Shown in pieces: positions 23,601 to 37,220 of a stretch of DNA of 64,000 nt. The stretch spans positions 196,953,631 through 197,017,630 of the forward strand of contig NC_090375.1 of assembly GCF_036365525.1 (NCBI RefSeq), in the 5' to 3' direction. A program made the position numbers and the translations under genes. Position 1 is the first letter of the stretch, and each line of letters begins with the position of its first letter. The notes under the pieces are model-generated. The model did no database searches and was not told the DNA's origin. It worked only from the letters and a program-made list of their open reading frames with translations. Source of the stretch: Heterodontus francisci. Lineage: Eukaryota.

Positions 23601-26600
23601 GCAGGAGAGTGGGATTAGACTGGGTGGGATATTAAATGGTACAGGGAGTGAGCAGGAGTGTGGGATTAGACTGGGTGGGATATTAAATGGTACTGGGAGT
23701 GAGCAGGAGTGTGGGATTAGACTGGGTGGGATATTAAATGGTACAGGGAGTGAGTAGGAGAGTGGGATTAGACTGGGTGGGATATTAAATGGTACAGGGA
23801 CTGAGCAGGAGTGTGAGATTAGACTGGGTGGGGTATTAAATGGTACAGCGAGTGAGCAGGAGAGTGGGATTAGACTGGGTGGGATATTAAATGGTACAGG
23901 GAGTGAGCAGGAGTGTGGGATTAGACTGGGTGGGATATTAAATGGTACAGGGAGTGAGCAGGAGAGTGGGATTAGACTGGGTGGGATATTAAATGGTACA
24001 GGGACTGAGCAGGAGTGTGAGATTAGACTGGGTGGGGTATTAAATGGTACAGGGAGTGAGCAGGAGAGTGGGATTAGACTGGGTGGGATATTAAATGGTA
24101 CTGGGAGTGAGCAGGAGAGTGGGATTAGACTGGGTGGGATATTAAATGGTACTGGGAGTGAGCAGGAGAGTGGGATTAGACTGGGTGGGATATTAAATGG
24201 TACTGGGAGTGAGCAGGAGAGTGGGATTAGACTGGGTGGGATATTAAAGGGTACAGGGAGTGAGCAGGAGAGTGGGATTAGACTGGGTGGGATATTAAAT
24301 GGTACTGGGAGTGAGCAGGAGAGTGGGATTAGACTGGGTGGGATATTAAATGGTACAGGGACTGAGCAGGAGTGTGAGATTAGACTGGGTGGGGTATTAA
24401 ATGGTACTGGGAGTGAGCAGGAGAGTGGGATTAGACTGGGTGGGATATTAAATGGTACTGGGAGTGAGCAGGAGAGTGGGATTAGACTGGGTGGGATATT
24501 AAATGGTACAGGGAGTGAGCAGGAGAGTGGGATTAGACTGGGTGGGATATTAAATGGTACAGGGAATGAGCAGGAGAGTGGGATTAGACTGGGTGGGATA
24601 TTAAATGGTACAGGGAGTGAGCAGGAGTGTGGGATTAGACTGGGTGGGATATTAAATGGTACAGGGAGTGAGCAGGAGAGTGGGATTAGACTGGGTGGGA
24701 TATTAAATGGTACAGGGAGTGAGCAGGAGAGTGAGATTAGACTGGGTGGGATATTAAATGGTACAGGGAGTGAGCAGGAGAGTGGGATTAGACTGGGTGG
24801 GATATTAAATGGTACTGGGAGTGAGCAGGAGAGTGAGATTAGACTGGGTGGGATATTAAAAGGTACAGCGAGTGAGCAGGAGAGTGGGATTAGACTGGGT
24901 GGGATATTAAATGGTACAGGGAGTGAGCAGGAGAGTGGGATTAGATCTGGGTGGGATATTAAATGGTACAGGGAGTGAGCAGGAGAGTGGGATTAGATCT
25001 GGGTGGGATATTAAATGGTACAGGGAGTGAGCAGGAGAGTGGGATTAGACTGGGTGGGATATTAAATGGTACAGGGAGTGAGCAGGAGAGTGGGATTAGA
25101 CTGGGTGGGATATTAAATGGTACTGGGAGTGAGCAGGAGTGTGGGATTAGACTGGGTGGGATATTAAATGGTACAGGGAGTGAGCAGGAGTGTGGGATTA
25201 GACTGGGTGGGATATTAAATGGTACTGGGAGTGAGCAGGAGTGTGGGATTAGACTGGGTGGGATATTAAATGGTACAGGGAGTGAGCAGGAGAGTGGGAT
25301 TAGACTGGGTGGGATATTAAATGGTACAGGGAGTGAGTGGGATTAGACTGGGTGGGATATGGAAGGGTACAGGGAGTGAGCAGGAGAGTGGGATTAGACT
25401 GGGTGGGATATTAAATGGTACTGGGAGTGAGCAGGAGTGTGGGATTAGACTGGGTGGGATATTAAATGGTACAGGGAGTGAGCAGGAGTGTGGGATTAGA
25501 CTGGGTGGGATATTAAATGGTACAGGGAGTGAGCAGGAGTGTGGGATTAGACTGGGTGGGATATTAAATGGTACTGGGAGTGAGCAGGAGTGTGGGATTA
25601 GACTGGGTGGGATATTAAATGGTACAGGGAGTGAGCAGGAGAGTGGGATTAGACTGGGTGGGATATGGAAGGGTACAGGGAGTGAGCAGGAGAGTGGGAT
25701 TAGACTGGGTGGGATATGGAAGGGTACAGGGAGTGAGCAGGAGAGTGGGATTAGACTGGGTGGGATATGGAAGGGTACAGGGAGTGAGCAGGAGAGTGGG
25801 ATTAGACAGGTTGGAATATGGAAGGGTACAGGGAATGAATAGGAGAGTGGGATTGGATTGGGTGGGATATTAAATGGTACAGGGAGTGAGCAGGAGAGTG
25901 GGATTAGACTGGGTGGGATATTAAATGGTACAGGGAATGAGCAGGAGAGTGGGATTAGACTGGGTGGGATATTAAAGGTTCAGGGAGTGAGCGGGAGTGT
26001 GAGATTAGACTGGGTGGGATATTAATGGTACTGGGATGTGAGCAGGAGTGTGGGATTAGACTGGGTGGGATATGGAAGGGTACAGGGAGTGAATAGGAGA
26101 GTGGGATTGGATTGGGTGGGATATTAAAGGTTCAGGGAGTGAGCAGGAGAGTGGGATTAGACTGGGTGGGATATTAAATGGTACTGGGAGTGAGCAGGAG
26201 TGTGGGATTAGACTGGGTGGGATATGGAAGGGTACAGGGAGTGAATAGGAGAGTGGGATTGGATTGGGTGGATATTAAAGGTTCAGGGAGTGAGCAGGAG
26301 AGTGAGATTAGACTGGGTGGGATATTAAATGGTACAGGGAGTGAGCAGGAGAGTGAGATTAGACTGGGTGGGATATTAAATGGTACAGGGAGTGAGCAGG
26401 AGAGTGAGATTAGACTGGGTGGGATATTAAAGGTTCAGGGAGTGAGCAGGAGAGTGAGATTAGACTGGGTGGGATATTAAATGGTACAGGGAGTGAGCAG
26501 GAGAGTGGGATTAGACTGGGTGGGATATTAAATGGTACAGGGAGTGGGCAGGAGAGTGAGATTAGACTGGGTGGGATATTAAATGGTACAGGGAGTGAGC

Positions 26601-27720
26601 AGGAGAGTGGGATTAGACTGGGTGGGATATGGAAGGGTACAGGGAGTGAATAGGAGAGTGGGATTGGATTGGGTGGGATATTAAAGGTTCAGGGAGTGAG
26701 CAGGAGAGTGAGATTAGACTGGGTGGGATATTAAATGGTACAGGGAGTGGGCAGGAGAGTGAGATTAGACTGGGTGGGATATTAAATGGTACTGGGAGTG
26801 AGCAGGAGTGTGGGATTAGACTGGGTGGGATATTAAATGGTACTGGGAGTGAGCAGGAGAGTGAGATTAGACTGGGTGGGATATTAAATGGTACTGGGAG
26901 TGAGCAGGAGAGTGGGATTAGACTGGGTGGGATATTAAATTGTACTGGGAGTGAGCAGGAGAGTGGGATTAGACTGGGTGGGATATTAAATGGTACTGGG
27001 AGTGAGCAGGAGAGTGGGATTAGACTGGGTGGGATATTAAATGGTACTGGGAGTGAGCAGGAGAGTGGGATTAGACTGGGTGGGATATTAAATGGTACTG
27101 GGAGTGAGCAGGAGAGTGGGATTAGACTGGGTGGGATATTAAATGGTACTGGGAGTGAGCAGGAGAGTGGGATTAGACTGGGTGGGATATTAAATGGTAC
27201 TGGGAGTGAGCAGGAGTGTGGGATTAGACTGGGTGGGATATGGAAGGGTACAGGGAGTGAGCAGGAGAGTGGGATTAGACAGGTTGGAATATGGAAGGGT
27301 ACAGGGAGTGAATAGGAGAGTGGGATTGGACTGGGTGGGATATTAAATGGTACAGGGACTGAGCAGGAGTGTGGGATTAGACTGGGTGGGATATTAAAGG
27401 TTCAGGGAATGAGCAGGAAAGTGGGATTTGACTGGGTTGAATATGAATGGGTATTGGGAGTGAGCAGGAAAGTGGGATTAGACTAGGTGGGATATTAAAG
27501 GGTATTGAGAGTGAGCAGGAGAGTGGGATTAGACAGGTTGGAATATGGAAGGGTACAGGGAGTGAGCAGGAGAGTGGGATTAGACAGGTTGGAATATGGA
27601 AGGGTACAGGGAGTGAATAGGAGAGTGGGATTGGACTGGTGGAATATGAAAGGGTGCAGGTGAGTGGGATTAGACTGGGTTGTATATGAAAGGGTGCAGG
27701 GAGTGAGCAGGAGAGTATGG
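20660..27720. repeat. ~7 kb tandem array of a 51-bp unit (~135-140 copies)
   Basis: Consensus gattagactgggtgggatattaaatggtacagggagtgagcaggagagtgg; gives the spurious 17-aa repeat SGIRLGGILNGTGSEQE. Confidence 0.97.
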
Positions 27721-27853
27721 TTGGACTGAAGCCTGTGATTGCTCCTTTCTCCTCTCTCACTGTGCTTGCCCCCCAGTCCCTGGGTCGGGGCTGGTATCGA
27801 GCGGCCTATGTTTGACCTCACCTGTAATACTGTCGGTGTTTTTTTTTTTGCAG

Positions 27854-27983
27854 GGAGGGAGGCTGATTGCAGGCACACAGGAGAAACCGTTCCAAGGGGA
27901 GCTGCAAATTGTTTTGAGGGGAGACCATTCGACTCCAGACTGGCCTTTACCAAACGGACCGAATCAAGGGTCAAAGGTGTTGG
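27854..27983 (+). CDS. PKHD1L1: PKHD1L1 exon
   Basis: poly-T tgcag|GGA...TTGG|gtgagt. GGRLIAGTQEKPFQGELQIVLRGDHSTPDWPLPNGPNQGSKVL. Confidence 0.92.
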
Positions 27984-28708
27984 GTGAGTCACTGCAGGTG
28001 GCCTATACAGATTCCTTTTTGATTAATTGTTAAAAGAAACTTTTGAACTTGTGCAGGTTCTGAAGCAAGAAAACAGAGGAATTAATCCTTCCCAATTCAC
28101 TCATTTTTAGAACGCTGTTGTATCTGCTCTTTGCCTTTTCTGCTTCAGTGGATAAGGCTGCAGCCTCTGAGGCCACTGTTCCCCATCCCTGACCTTCACT
28201 TTATGATTCGGATCACTTTGATACAAAGGATTGATGATGAGATGGTAGCGTCACAGATCTGGTATTAGACCCCACTTTGACAGATATAAAACCAACAGAG
28301 TGGAGTAGGGACATAGGAGGAGGCCATTCAGCCCCTCATGCTATATCACCATTCAACTAGATCCTAGTTGATCTGTACCTCAAATCCATTTTCCCGCTTT
28401 TTCTCCATATCCCTCGCAACCCTTACCCAACAAAAATCTATCGATCTCCGTTTGAAAGCTCTAATTGAACCTTCCCGACATCCTAAGCCTTTTGGGGGTG
28501 GCATTTTTAAATTTCCAACATCCTTCTGCGAGACAAAGTGCTTCCTAATTTCACTCCTTGTCCCACTGCACTTTTGGTGTAAATGTATATTTTAGATGCT
28601 GTATTTAGAGCTGTTTTTGAGTTTGTCAGTTGATTCTGAAGCAGTTGCCCAGTTTTATTTCTCGTGTCAGGGACTGCCATGTCTGTGTTTTTCCTCCTCG
28701 TGCTGCAG

Positions 28709-28827
28709 GTGTGTTTGGAGGGCTGGATCTTCATGGTATTCCCCATCAGGTCTACAAAACTAAACTCGGTTTAACAGCACCAGCCGGGTCCATCAATGTA
28801 ACTCTGGCAGAAGCTGTTGATTGGCAG
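28709..28827 (+). CDS. PKHD1L1: PKHD1L1 exon
   Basis: gctgcag|GT...GGCAG|gtatga. GVFGGLDLHGIPHQVYKTKL...AEAVDWQ. Confidence 0.92.
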
Positions 28828-28954
28828 GTATGAGCGACTCCCTGTATGTTGCCTAGCTGTAATGATTCTGGGATGGATTCTTTGTGGGTCATGGCCTCTG
28901 CTCACTTCTGCAAGGATAGGTGGTGTGGGGGGGGGGGGGGGGGGAGAGAGACCA

Positions 28955-29533
28955 GGGGCTGGATTTTTACTCCGGGGATGGGTACCAGTGGTTGTGCCCC
29001 AAACCCCCCATCCCGCCGGGGGAAACAATCACTCTTTGGGATTTGCACAGAGGCCCCTTGGTAATTGGCCTTGGAGACAGGTTCTCCATCCAGTTGAGGA
29101 CTGTGGGTGGGCTCTCAAAACTGAACAGCAAAATCAGAAAGTGTCCTCTCTTCAACTTTTTCAAATATTTAACTAATAAATCGATTCAGCAGCCAGGGCA
29201 CCGCTGGTGGGGAGGGGAATCCCCCCTACAGGGCGGCCTGGCTGCTGAATCGATTTTTTAATTGCTGGGAGACTACCTCCAGGCACTGAAAGTGGCCCCC
29301 GCCACCTGCAGAAACCTGGAGGCCGATTGGAAGCCTTCAGTCGACCTTTTAATTGGTCTCAATTGGGCCGTGTGTGGGCGGGTAGCTCTGCCAGCCCTGA
29401 TCTTCCCTTCACAATGATGGGCCGGAGGCAAGATGGAGCCTGGGAACAGGCACACCACCTGACGGGGCTAATTTTAGGCCCCACCCCTCCCTCCTCTGGT
29501 CCCAGCCCCGGCGGGAGCCCAAAATCCAGCCCC
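28955..29533. mobile_element. TIR-bounded non-autonomous element
   Basis: 13-bp perfect TIR ggggctggatttt ... aaaatccagcccc. Confidence 0.7.
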
Positions 29534-30182
29534 GGGGTTGGGACTTTACTAAGTTGGGAATTCCTGCACCGAGGAGAGCTATTGGATGCCTGGTCTCATC
29601 GGAACGTGCCTAGTCTGAAAGGAGTGGAAGTGGGGCCGAGAGCCAGATCCGTGCCTGTATCCCCAAAAATTAGTGTTCATTTTCCATGGAGACGGGATTG
29701 GAGCTGGTCACTCTATACACCCTGATCCTTCGGGGGGGGTGGGGGGGGTGATGAACTAGCACCCTGCTCCCTGCCACCCACCTCCGCTTCCTCCCCAAGC
29801 TACTGCCTGTGTATCCCTTCTGCGAAAAGGAGCTGTTGTTCTCCCCCATGTACCTACAGCAAGTCCTTGAGCTTTCTACTTACCCCCCCCTCCCCCCCCC
29901 CCCCCCCCCCCCCCCCCCACCCGCCCCCCCAAATAACATTTCGTCAGGACAGAGGCAGACTCTGAGAAGGGTGCAATATCCTCTGCTCTGCCCAGTTGTG
30001 GGGGCTAATGTTTAAATCAATTGCAGCTTCTGCCTGGATTTACGTTGTAACATTCGGGTGATGGTTGGGGGCAACGCTCCACTTAAACCAGGATAAAGGG
30101 GAATTTGTAAATGAAATCTCGTTTATCTGATGGTTCAAATCTTTCTGGATGAAACCAGCTGACTGAATTTCATTTTGTACAG

Positions 30183-30312
30183 GAAGGTGATGAGATCTTA
30201 GTGACAACAACCAGCTACAGTTATAAACAGACAGAAACCAAGACAATCATCTCTGTCTCCTTTGATAGAAGGACATTGGTCTTGAATGAACCACTTTCAT
30301 ATACACACATCG
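30183..30312 (+). CDS. PKHD1L1: PKHD1L1 exon
   Basis: ttttgtacag|GAA...ATCG|gtaggt. EGDEILVTTTSYSYKQTETKTI...LNEPLSYTHI. Confidence 0.92.
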
Positions 30313-30404
30313 GTAGGTGCTGGCTGATTGGACATTCTATCAGGTTCCTTGGTGCTGTCGGAATTGAGATCTGGACACCCTCTGTTGCAAATTAACCTTG
30401 GGAC

Positions 30405-30990
30405 AGGGAATCATAGAGAATTACATGGAACTTACAGCACAGAAACAGGCCATTCGGTCCAACCAGTCAGTGCCAGCGTTTATGCTCCACTTGAGCCTCC
30501 TCCCATCTTTCCTCATCTAAATCCATCATTGTAACCCTCTATTCCCTTATCCCACATATGCCTGTCTGGCTTCCCCTTAAATGTATTTACACTATTCACT
30601 TCAACCACTCCCTGTGATAGCGAGTTCCACATTCTCACCACTCTCTGGGTAAAGAAGTTTCTCCTGAATTCCCGACTGAATTTCTTGGTGACTATATTAT
30701 ATTGATAGCCTCTAGTTTTTCTCTTCCCAAGTGGAAACATTCTCTCTGTACCCACTCCCTCAAATCCTTGCATAATTTTAAAGACTTTTAACAGGTCACC
30801 CTCTCAGCCTTCTCTTTTCAAGAGAAAAGAGACCCAGCCTGTTAATTCTTTCCTGATATTCTGGTATCATCCTTGTAAATCTTTTCTGCACCCTCTCCAG
30901 TGCCTCTATATCCTATTTGTAATATGGAGACCAGAACTGTTCACAATACTCCAAGCGTGGCCTAAGTAAGGCTCCATGCAAGTTCAGCAT
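30405..30990 (-). mobile_element. CR1 3' fragment
   Basis: ORF 30513..30773(-): TRGYQY..REFRRNFFTQRVVRMWNSL..FKGKPD; tail at about 30410. Confidence 0.85.
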
Positions 30991-31554
30991 AAGTGTCTGA
31001 GGAGGAAAGTGACTGATCTAATGGATGGGATGCTCGCCTTTATCCTTACAGAGGTAAGCCATCCCTCACTGGAACAAGTTACCAATTTTGGTTCAAGGGA
31101 CCTCATGAGTAATCATTAGGATCCCTCATGCAATTCATGACAAGGTGAGCTGAAGGCCCAAGAGTAGGTCAGTGACCCACCATATCTGGGGGCATATAGC
31201 CTCAACAACAACAACTTGCATTTATATACAGCCTTTAATACAGTCAAAACATCCCTAGGGCCTTCACTAGAATGGAAACTGAATGGCGAGGGGAGGAACC
31301 GAAAGGGTAATGCATTCTCAAAAATACTATGCACGCATTGTATTCACAAATGTAAATTAATGCAAATTATGCTTGGACTCCATAAGGGAAGAGTTCTAAT
31401 AGTTTTTGTCATCAAATTTGTTATTCTAATAAGATAATTGAAAGCAGCAACACATTTACAGATTGGTGTGATCTCTTTTGAGTGAGATGTTTAGCAAAAG
31501 CTGTCTCCATGTCCATGGATCAGTCTGAATAGTGGTTTGTTGCTTTTATTCAAG

Positions 31555-31725
31555 CTGAAACACATGAAGTGAAGGGAAGTGGCCAGAGTTACACCTTGGC
31601 GGCAGACATTGGCCTGCTCAGTAGAAACATCAAGATCACGGGCCATGATCATCCCGGCTGGGCAGAGGAATTGTTCGGAGCACGAGTGCTAGTCAGCTCC
31701 TTTTATGATGACCTAGAGTACCAAG
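31555..31725 (+). CDS. PKHD1L1: PKHD1L1 exon
   Basis: ttttattcaag|CT...CAAG|gtatgt. AETHEV..SYTLAADIGLLSRNIKITG...FGARVLVSSF. Confidence 0.92.
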
Positions 31726-32654
31726 GTATGTCTTTATTTTTTTCTCGTTTAACCTCCAAAAGAAGCTGTACAAATATATTCCATAAGATCTCTCGTGACA
31801 TTGCTCCTGGTGTGCGTGAAGCTTTATAAGGGCAGGAAGGTTGTTGTACCCGGGATGCTGGCTTATCCGCTGAGACTGGGATCTGTCAGCATAGTGGGTA
31901 AGGGCAAAGATTCCCAGAGCACTTTGAGGTGAGGTCCCAGGGTTTGTAGACCACCGGAGAGGCAGGTACTAGAAAAGCCGGGGCTTGTCCTGCAATCCGG
32001 GATTACTGAGAGGAATTCCACGACCAGGGGAATTGGAAATGATTTGGGGGTACCAGGAATGTACCCTAAGGCATGTGAACATAGGTGGATTATGCAATTT
32101 TTATGTTCCTGCATTTAAGTATTTAAGCATAACGCTCCTGCAGATTAAAATGAATGCTCTGAAAATCACAGGCTGGGGGGTGGGTGATTTCCTGATGTAC
32201 TGTCCCGGTGTGTACTAAGTGTGCACTATTAGTGCATTGCCCCCCAACTCATTGTATGTATTGTCTTCAATAACGTTCCATAGAAAAAACTTCATAAAAC
32301 ACTCAAAAGTCCATAATGGTTGCATTTTCCAAATCTTTATATTACAAAATTATGAAGCCTCAACAGAGGGTCAGGAAAGAATATTTTTAACTGAACATAC
32401 CAAGCAAAAGCAGTGATTAACTAAAAGAAACATTCTCTATAAATCTGTTTTGTTTTCAAATAAAAAGAACCCACATTAACAGCTGTTATACTTCCTGCTT
32501 CCTGTTTTTCTATGAGATGTTCGTAACAGACTGTCACAATTGTAATTAATGTAGTTATATAAGTTCATCACTTATCCGAAATAAAAGCTTTGAGGGTCAC
32601 TTGAGGGGGATACACATACCACTGGGGTCACTTGAGGTCAGTATGTAACCATAC

Positions 32655-33150
32655 ATTTTTTATTGGTTCATGGTATGTGGGTGTCACTGGCCAGGCCAGC
32701 ATTTATTGCCCATCCCTAACTGCCCTTGAGAAGGTGGTGGTGAGCCGCTGCCTTGAACTACTGCAGCCCATGTGGTGTAGGTACACCCACAGTGCTGTTA
32801 GGAAGAGGGTTGTTATCATTTTATTTTAGCAGTTCGATGCCACTGAGTAGCTGCTAGGCAATTTCAGAGGGCAGTTAAGTCAACTACGTTGCTGAGAGTC
32901 TGGAGTCACACGTAGGCCAGGCTGGGTAAGGACGGCAGATTTCCTTCCTGAAGGAAATCAGGTGGGGTTTTATGAAAATGTTGTCGTTTCATGGTCATCA
33001 TTACTGAGACGAGCTTTTTATTCCAGATTTATCTAAATAATTGAGTTTAAACTCCTCAGCTGTCATCGTGAGATTTAAACTCTTGACTCCGGATCATTAG
33101 TCCAGGCCTCTGGATTACTAGTTCAGTTAACCACTGCGCTACCACACCCC
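32655..33150 (-). mobile_element. LINE 3' fragment and tRNA-derived SINE remnants
   Basis: 32690-32805 is the reverse complement of the LINE tail seen at 52090-52210. 33060-33150 is a SINE head similar to 49840-49920. Confidence 0.6.
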
Positions 33151-33575
33151 TAAGTATTACAATTTGATCTTCATGAATAAATTGTCCAGATACAGTCTGG
33201 GTCCAAGGGGGAGAAATGAGACTTCTGTCCGAAGCGGGAGTTGGTGGGTGACCAGGCTACCCATCCTGTTAATCCCACAAACACTCCTGTGTTGAAATTG
33301 CACACAGTGATCTTGGTAATGACCAGGTTAACACATTGATCTGAAATTCCTCGACTGTTTTCACTGAGTTTTTAGAGATAAGTTGAGAGGCTTTCTCTTT
33401 AACTTCTTTTAATGTTAAACCAGGGAAGGATTTTGTTTTAAATTACACCGTCTGATAGTGCAGCAGCAGCCCCACAACTGCACGTGCTATTTCTCTGAGT
33501 GATCAGCATTGATTCCCAGACTGCAGTTGAAAATCTTTTAGTTTTAATTTTTTGTTGTTTTTGTTTGTTTTGTAG

Positions 33576-33679
33576 GTTACGCCAGAATAGAGGATGTTGA
33601 ATTCCATCACAGCGGGCAGAAGGGTTATCAAGATTACTTTGACCCACGATACTCTGTGGCTTTTCTCAATCTTGGACAG
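33576..33679 (+). CDS. PKHD1L1: PKHD1L1 exon
   Basis: ttttgtag|GT...GACAG|gtttgc. GYARIEDVEFHHSGQKGYQDYFDPRYSVAFLNLGQ. Confidence 0.92.
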
Positions 33680-35017
33680 GTTTGCGGAAGTATTTTTTTG
33701 AGCAGGTCGTGTTTTTTTTTTAAACGTAGATTAATTTTCCGGGTTTGCATTTTGATGAGTTCCTCAGGATGGGTGTTCAGGCACAGTGCATGCTATCTGC
33801 AACTGTGAACCCCAGCTACATCGAACTTTACGTCAGATTTCCCGATACCCTGTCACTCGAAGCTCTGCAGAAAATACATTCTTGGCAGTTAACAAACGTG
33901 CAAGTCCTAACAAGATATTCAACACTCAAAAGGGTTAATCTACACTGTTTCATTTCAGTGATGTGTGCCAATGGCAAAACGCTTGCATTAGGTGTTTTTT
34001 TTTAAATTGCAGTTCACTGCTGTTACGTTGATTTTCCTTTGACCTTGAGAGAACGCTCATTGTAAAATTTACCCCTTGCCATTGTTTTTGGATCTTCGCA
34101 CTCTTCCCTTGGGGAACACTTGTGATGGAGTGCTCATGTGTGGACTGCGTTCTGTGTCGCTGACCTGTTGGGTGCTGTGACTTTGGAGTCAAAAAGTGTC
34201 TTTTTTTTTTTAGACAGACCCCGGTTTGAAAACGAAACTAAAAACTTTAATGTCCTAGGAAGTCAGAACCAGGTTAACAGAGCAGTCTTTTTTTTTTACC
34301 AGGGACATGTGATTGGAGCTTAGGGTTCAGTTTTATAAGAAGACTCGGGGGGGGGGGGGGGCTTGAAGCCAGTTGCAAAGATGGGAGTTGTCCTTTAGAA
34401 AGTAAGCTGAGAGCTGCAGATTTTTTGTGCTTCCAAAGAAACTACTTGGAATTGTAACAGACAAAAAGCAGCAGGCTGGAATAGCTGTTTTGACTGCAGG
34501 TAGGGGGTCCTGAACAGAGGGCTGATCATTGGTGAATGACTAACAGCAGTTGCCTTTGGTGACTTAAAAAGTTATCAGTGGAACCACACAATCAGGATGG
34601 TTGTGCGGCAAGGCTGAGGTTGTTCGAGAGGCAACATGTCTGACCCGTTAAAGGGAAGATTGCATTGCTCACTATTGACAGGACCTCATTTTTTTATCCA
34701 CATCCTGGAGGACAGGACTTTTGGAATACTACCTGAGGAAGTTCCTGATTTTGTTGTACTGTGGAACTGTTTAGTGTTATGGGACTGCTAAAGGACATGT
34801 GAGATACATCCTTGTTGCATCTGATAGTTAGCATGTAACCTTTAAGACATACATACATGGATCATGGTTTAACTGTTAGTTAATGTTTAATTTACGTTGG
34901 TTTTGGTTTGAGTGTTAAAGTAAAATTTATAATAGTGAAATCTTGACTGCTTGGTTTTTGTCTCCTAAATTGAGGTCAGTTGGTGCATTTGATTCTTTTG
35001 GCTTTTTGGTGGCCTTC

Positions 35018-36226
35018 ACAGGGATCACAACACAGTGTGAGGCAGTGGACAGGGATCACAACACAGTGTGAAGCAGTGGACAGGGATCACAACACAGTGT
35101 GAGGCAGTGGACAGGGATCACAACACAGTGTGAAGCAGTGGACAGGGATCACAACACAGTGTGAAGCAGTGGACAGGGATCACAACACAGTGTGAAGCAG
35201 TGGACAGGGATCACAACACAGTGTGAGGCAGTGGACAGGGATCACAACACCGTGTGACACAGTGGACACGGATCACAACACCGTGTGACGCAGTGGACAG
35301 GGATCACAACACAGTGTGACGCAGTGGACAGGGATCACAACACAGTGTGACGCAGTGGACAGGGATCACAACACAGTGTGACGCAGTGGACAGGGATCAC
35401 AACACAGTGTGACGCAGTGGACAGGGATCACAACACAGTGTGACGCAGTGGACAGGGATCACAACACAGTGTGACGCAGTGGACAGGGATCACAACACAG
35501 TGTGACGCAGTGGACAGGGATCACAACACAGTGTGACGCAGTGGACAGGGATCACAACACAGTGTGACGCAGTGGACAGGGATCACAACACAGTGTGACG
35601 CAGTGGACAGGGATCACAACACAGTGTGACGCAGTGGACAGGGATCACAACACAGTGTGACGCAGCGGACAGGGATCACAACACAGTGTGAAGCAGCGGA
35701 CAGGGATCACAACACAGTGTGAAGCAGCGGACAGGGATCAGAACACAGTGTGAAGCAGCGGACAGGGATCAGAACACAGTGTGAAGCAGCGGACAGGGAT
35801 CAGAACACAGTGTGAAGCAGCGGACAGGGATCACAACACAGTGTGAGGCAGTGGACAGGGATCACAACACAGTGTGACGCAGTGGACATGGATCACAACA
35901 CCGTGTGAAGCAGTGGACAGGGATCACAACACAGTGTGAAGCAGTGGACAGGGATCACAACACAGTGTGAGGCAGTGGACAGGGATCACAACACAGTGTG
36001 AAGCAGTGGACAGGGATCACAACACAGTGTGAGGCAGTGGACAGGGATCACAACACAGTGTGAGGCAGTGGACAGGGATCACAACACAGTGTGAGGCAGT
36101 GGACAGGGATCACAACACAGTGTGAGGCAGTGGACAGGGATCACAACACAGTGTGAGGCAGTAGACAGGGATCACAACACAGTGTGAAGCAGTGGACAGG
36201 GATCACAACACAGTGTGATGCAGTGG
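35018..36226. repeat. 31-bp minisatellite (~39 copies)
   Basis: Unit gggatcacaacacagtgtga(g/a/c)gcagtggaca; period 31 (35021 to 35052). Confidence 0.96.
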
Positions 36227-36786
36227 AAAGATTCTCTGGCTGATTAACACTCTGACTCACTGTGACATGAACACTCCTTCCATGGTCGGTAGCCATCTTT
36301 CCCCCAGCTGACGGAGGGTTCGCCATATATGGCAGGAGGGTTTTATGGGCTCCCGCAATCTATATGATGAAGTGGGGCTGCCCACGGACAGGAGGATCCC
36401 ACTACCATTCAGTGGTAGAGCTGTGGTCTCCATTTGCCAGGGCTGTCCAGAGTGGTGTTTGAACACAGGGTCTTCTGTCTGATGGTGTTGGCTGGGGCTG
36501 TTGGCTACCACTCAGTCAGAGACTCGTTACACTCCATAGTTTATAAGCTGTTATTTCCGAGCTTTTTATTTTTAAGATAAAAGAAAGAGTTTGGGGGTCA
36601 TTTTCAATAATAGTAGGGGCGTGAAATGGGATGGAATATCAGAGGGGGTGGGCGAGGGGTGGGGGGTTGCAGGATGTAGCTGATGATCAATCTGCTACCT
36701 CCAGAGTCAGTATTGACCACTTTTGATATCATAAAAAGTGTATCGGGGCATTGTAACTGAGATTCACTGTAAATAACTCTCTCCAG

Positions 36787-36913
36787 ATCACAGGAAACAA
36801 TTCTTATATTCGGGGATGTGCTTTTCATCATGGATTTGCTCCTGCAATAGGCGTGTTTGGAACGCATGGCCTTAGTGTTGATGATAATGTGATATTCAAC
36901 ACCTTTGGCGAAG
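36787..36913 (+). CDS. PKHD1L1: PKHD1L1 exon
   Basis: ctctctccag|ATC...GAAG|gtaatc. ITGNNSYIRGCAFHHGFAPAIGVFGTHGLSVDDNVIFNTFGE. Confidence 0.92.
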
Positions 36914-37220
36914 GTAATCAGATCCCTGTTACTAAACATAAGGGTTAGATGTTGAATTGTGTGTGAAGGTATAAAATAGGTGAATGCGAGTTGTCTATAT
37001 CTCTTCCTGACTGAAATCCAGGAAAGATCTAGAGGAGCAGCAACTCACAACTCACTCTCAGCCGTCCTTTCACCACTGTGCAAAGCCTTTCTGCAAAGAA
37101 TGTCACATCGGAATGGTCCTGTATGATACTTGTACTTTTATCAGGGAAATCATTGATAAAATTACTTCAAATTAGGGTTTTTACTCGTGTATATCAAGAG
37201 GCTGTTCTCATCTTTTCTAG

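Noticed and set aside
22165-23757. 530-aa ORF and other long ORFs in the 51-bp array
   Set aside because: Artefact of a stop-free unit whose length is a multiple of 3. It is intronic, with no splice or promoter evidence.
35018-36226. RAG heptamer CACAGTG in nearly every unit, suggesting an RSS array; also CRISPR-like periodicity
   Set aside because: No ACAAAAACC-like nonamer at 12 or 23 bp and no V/D/J segments. There are no unique spacers or cas genes, and the DNA is eukaryotic.
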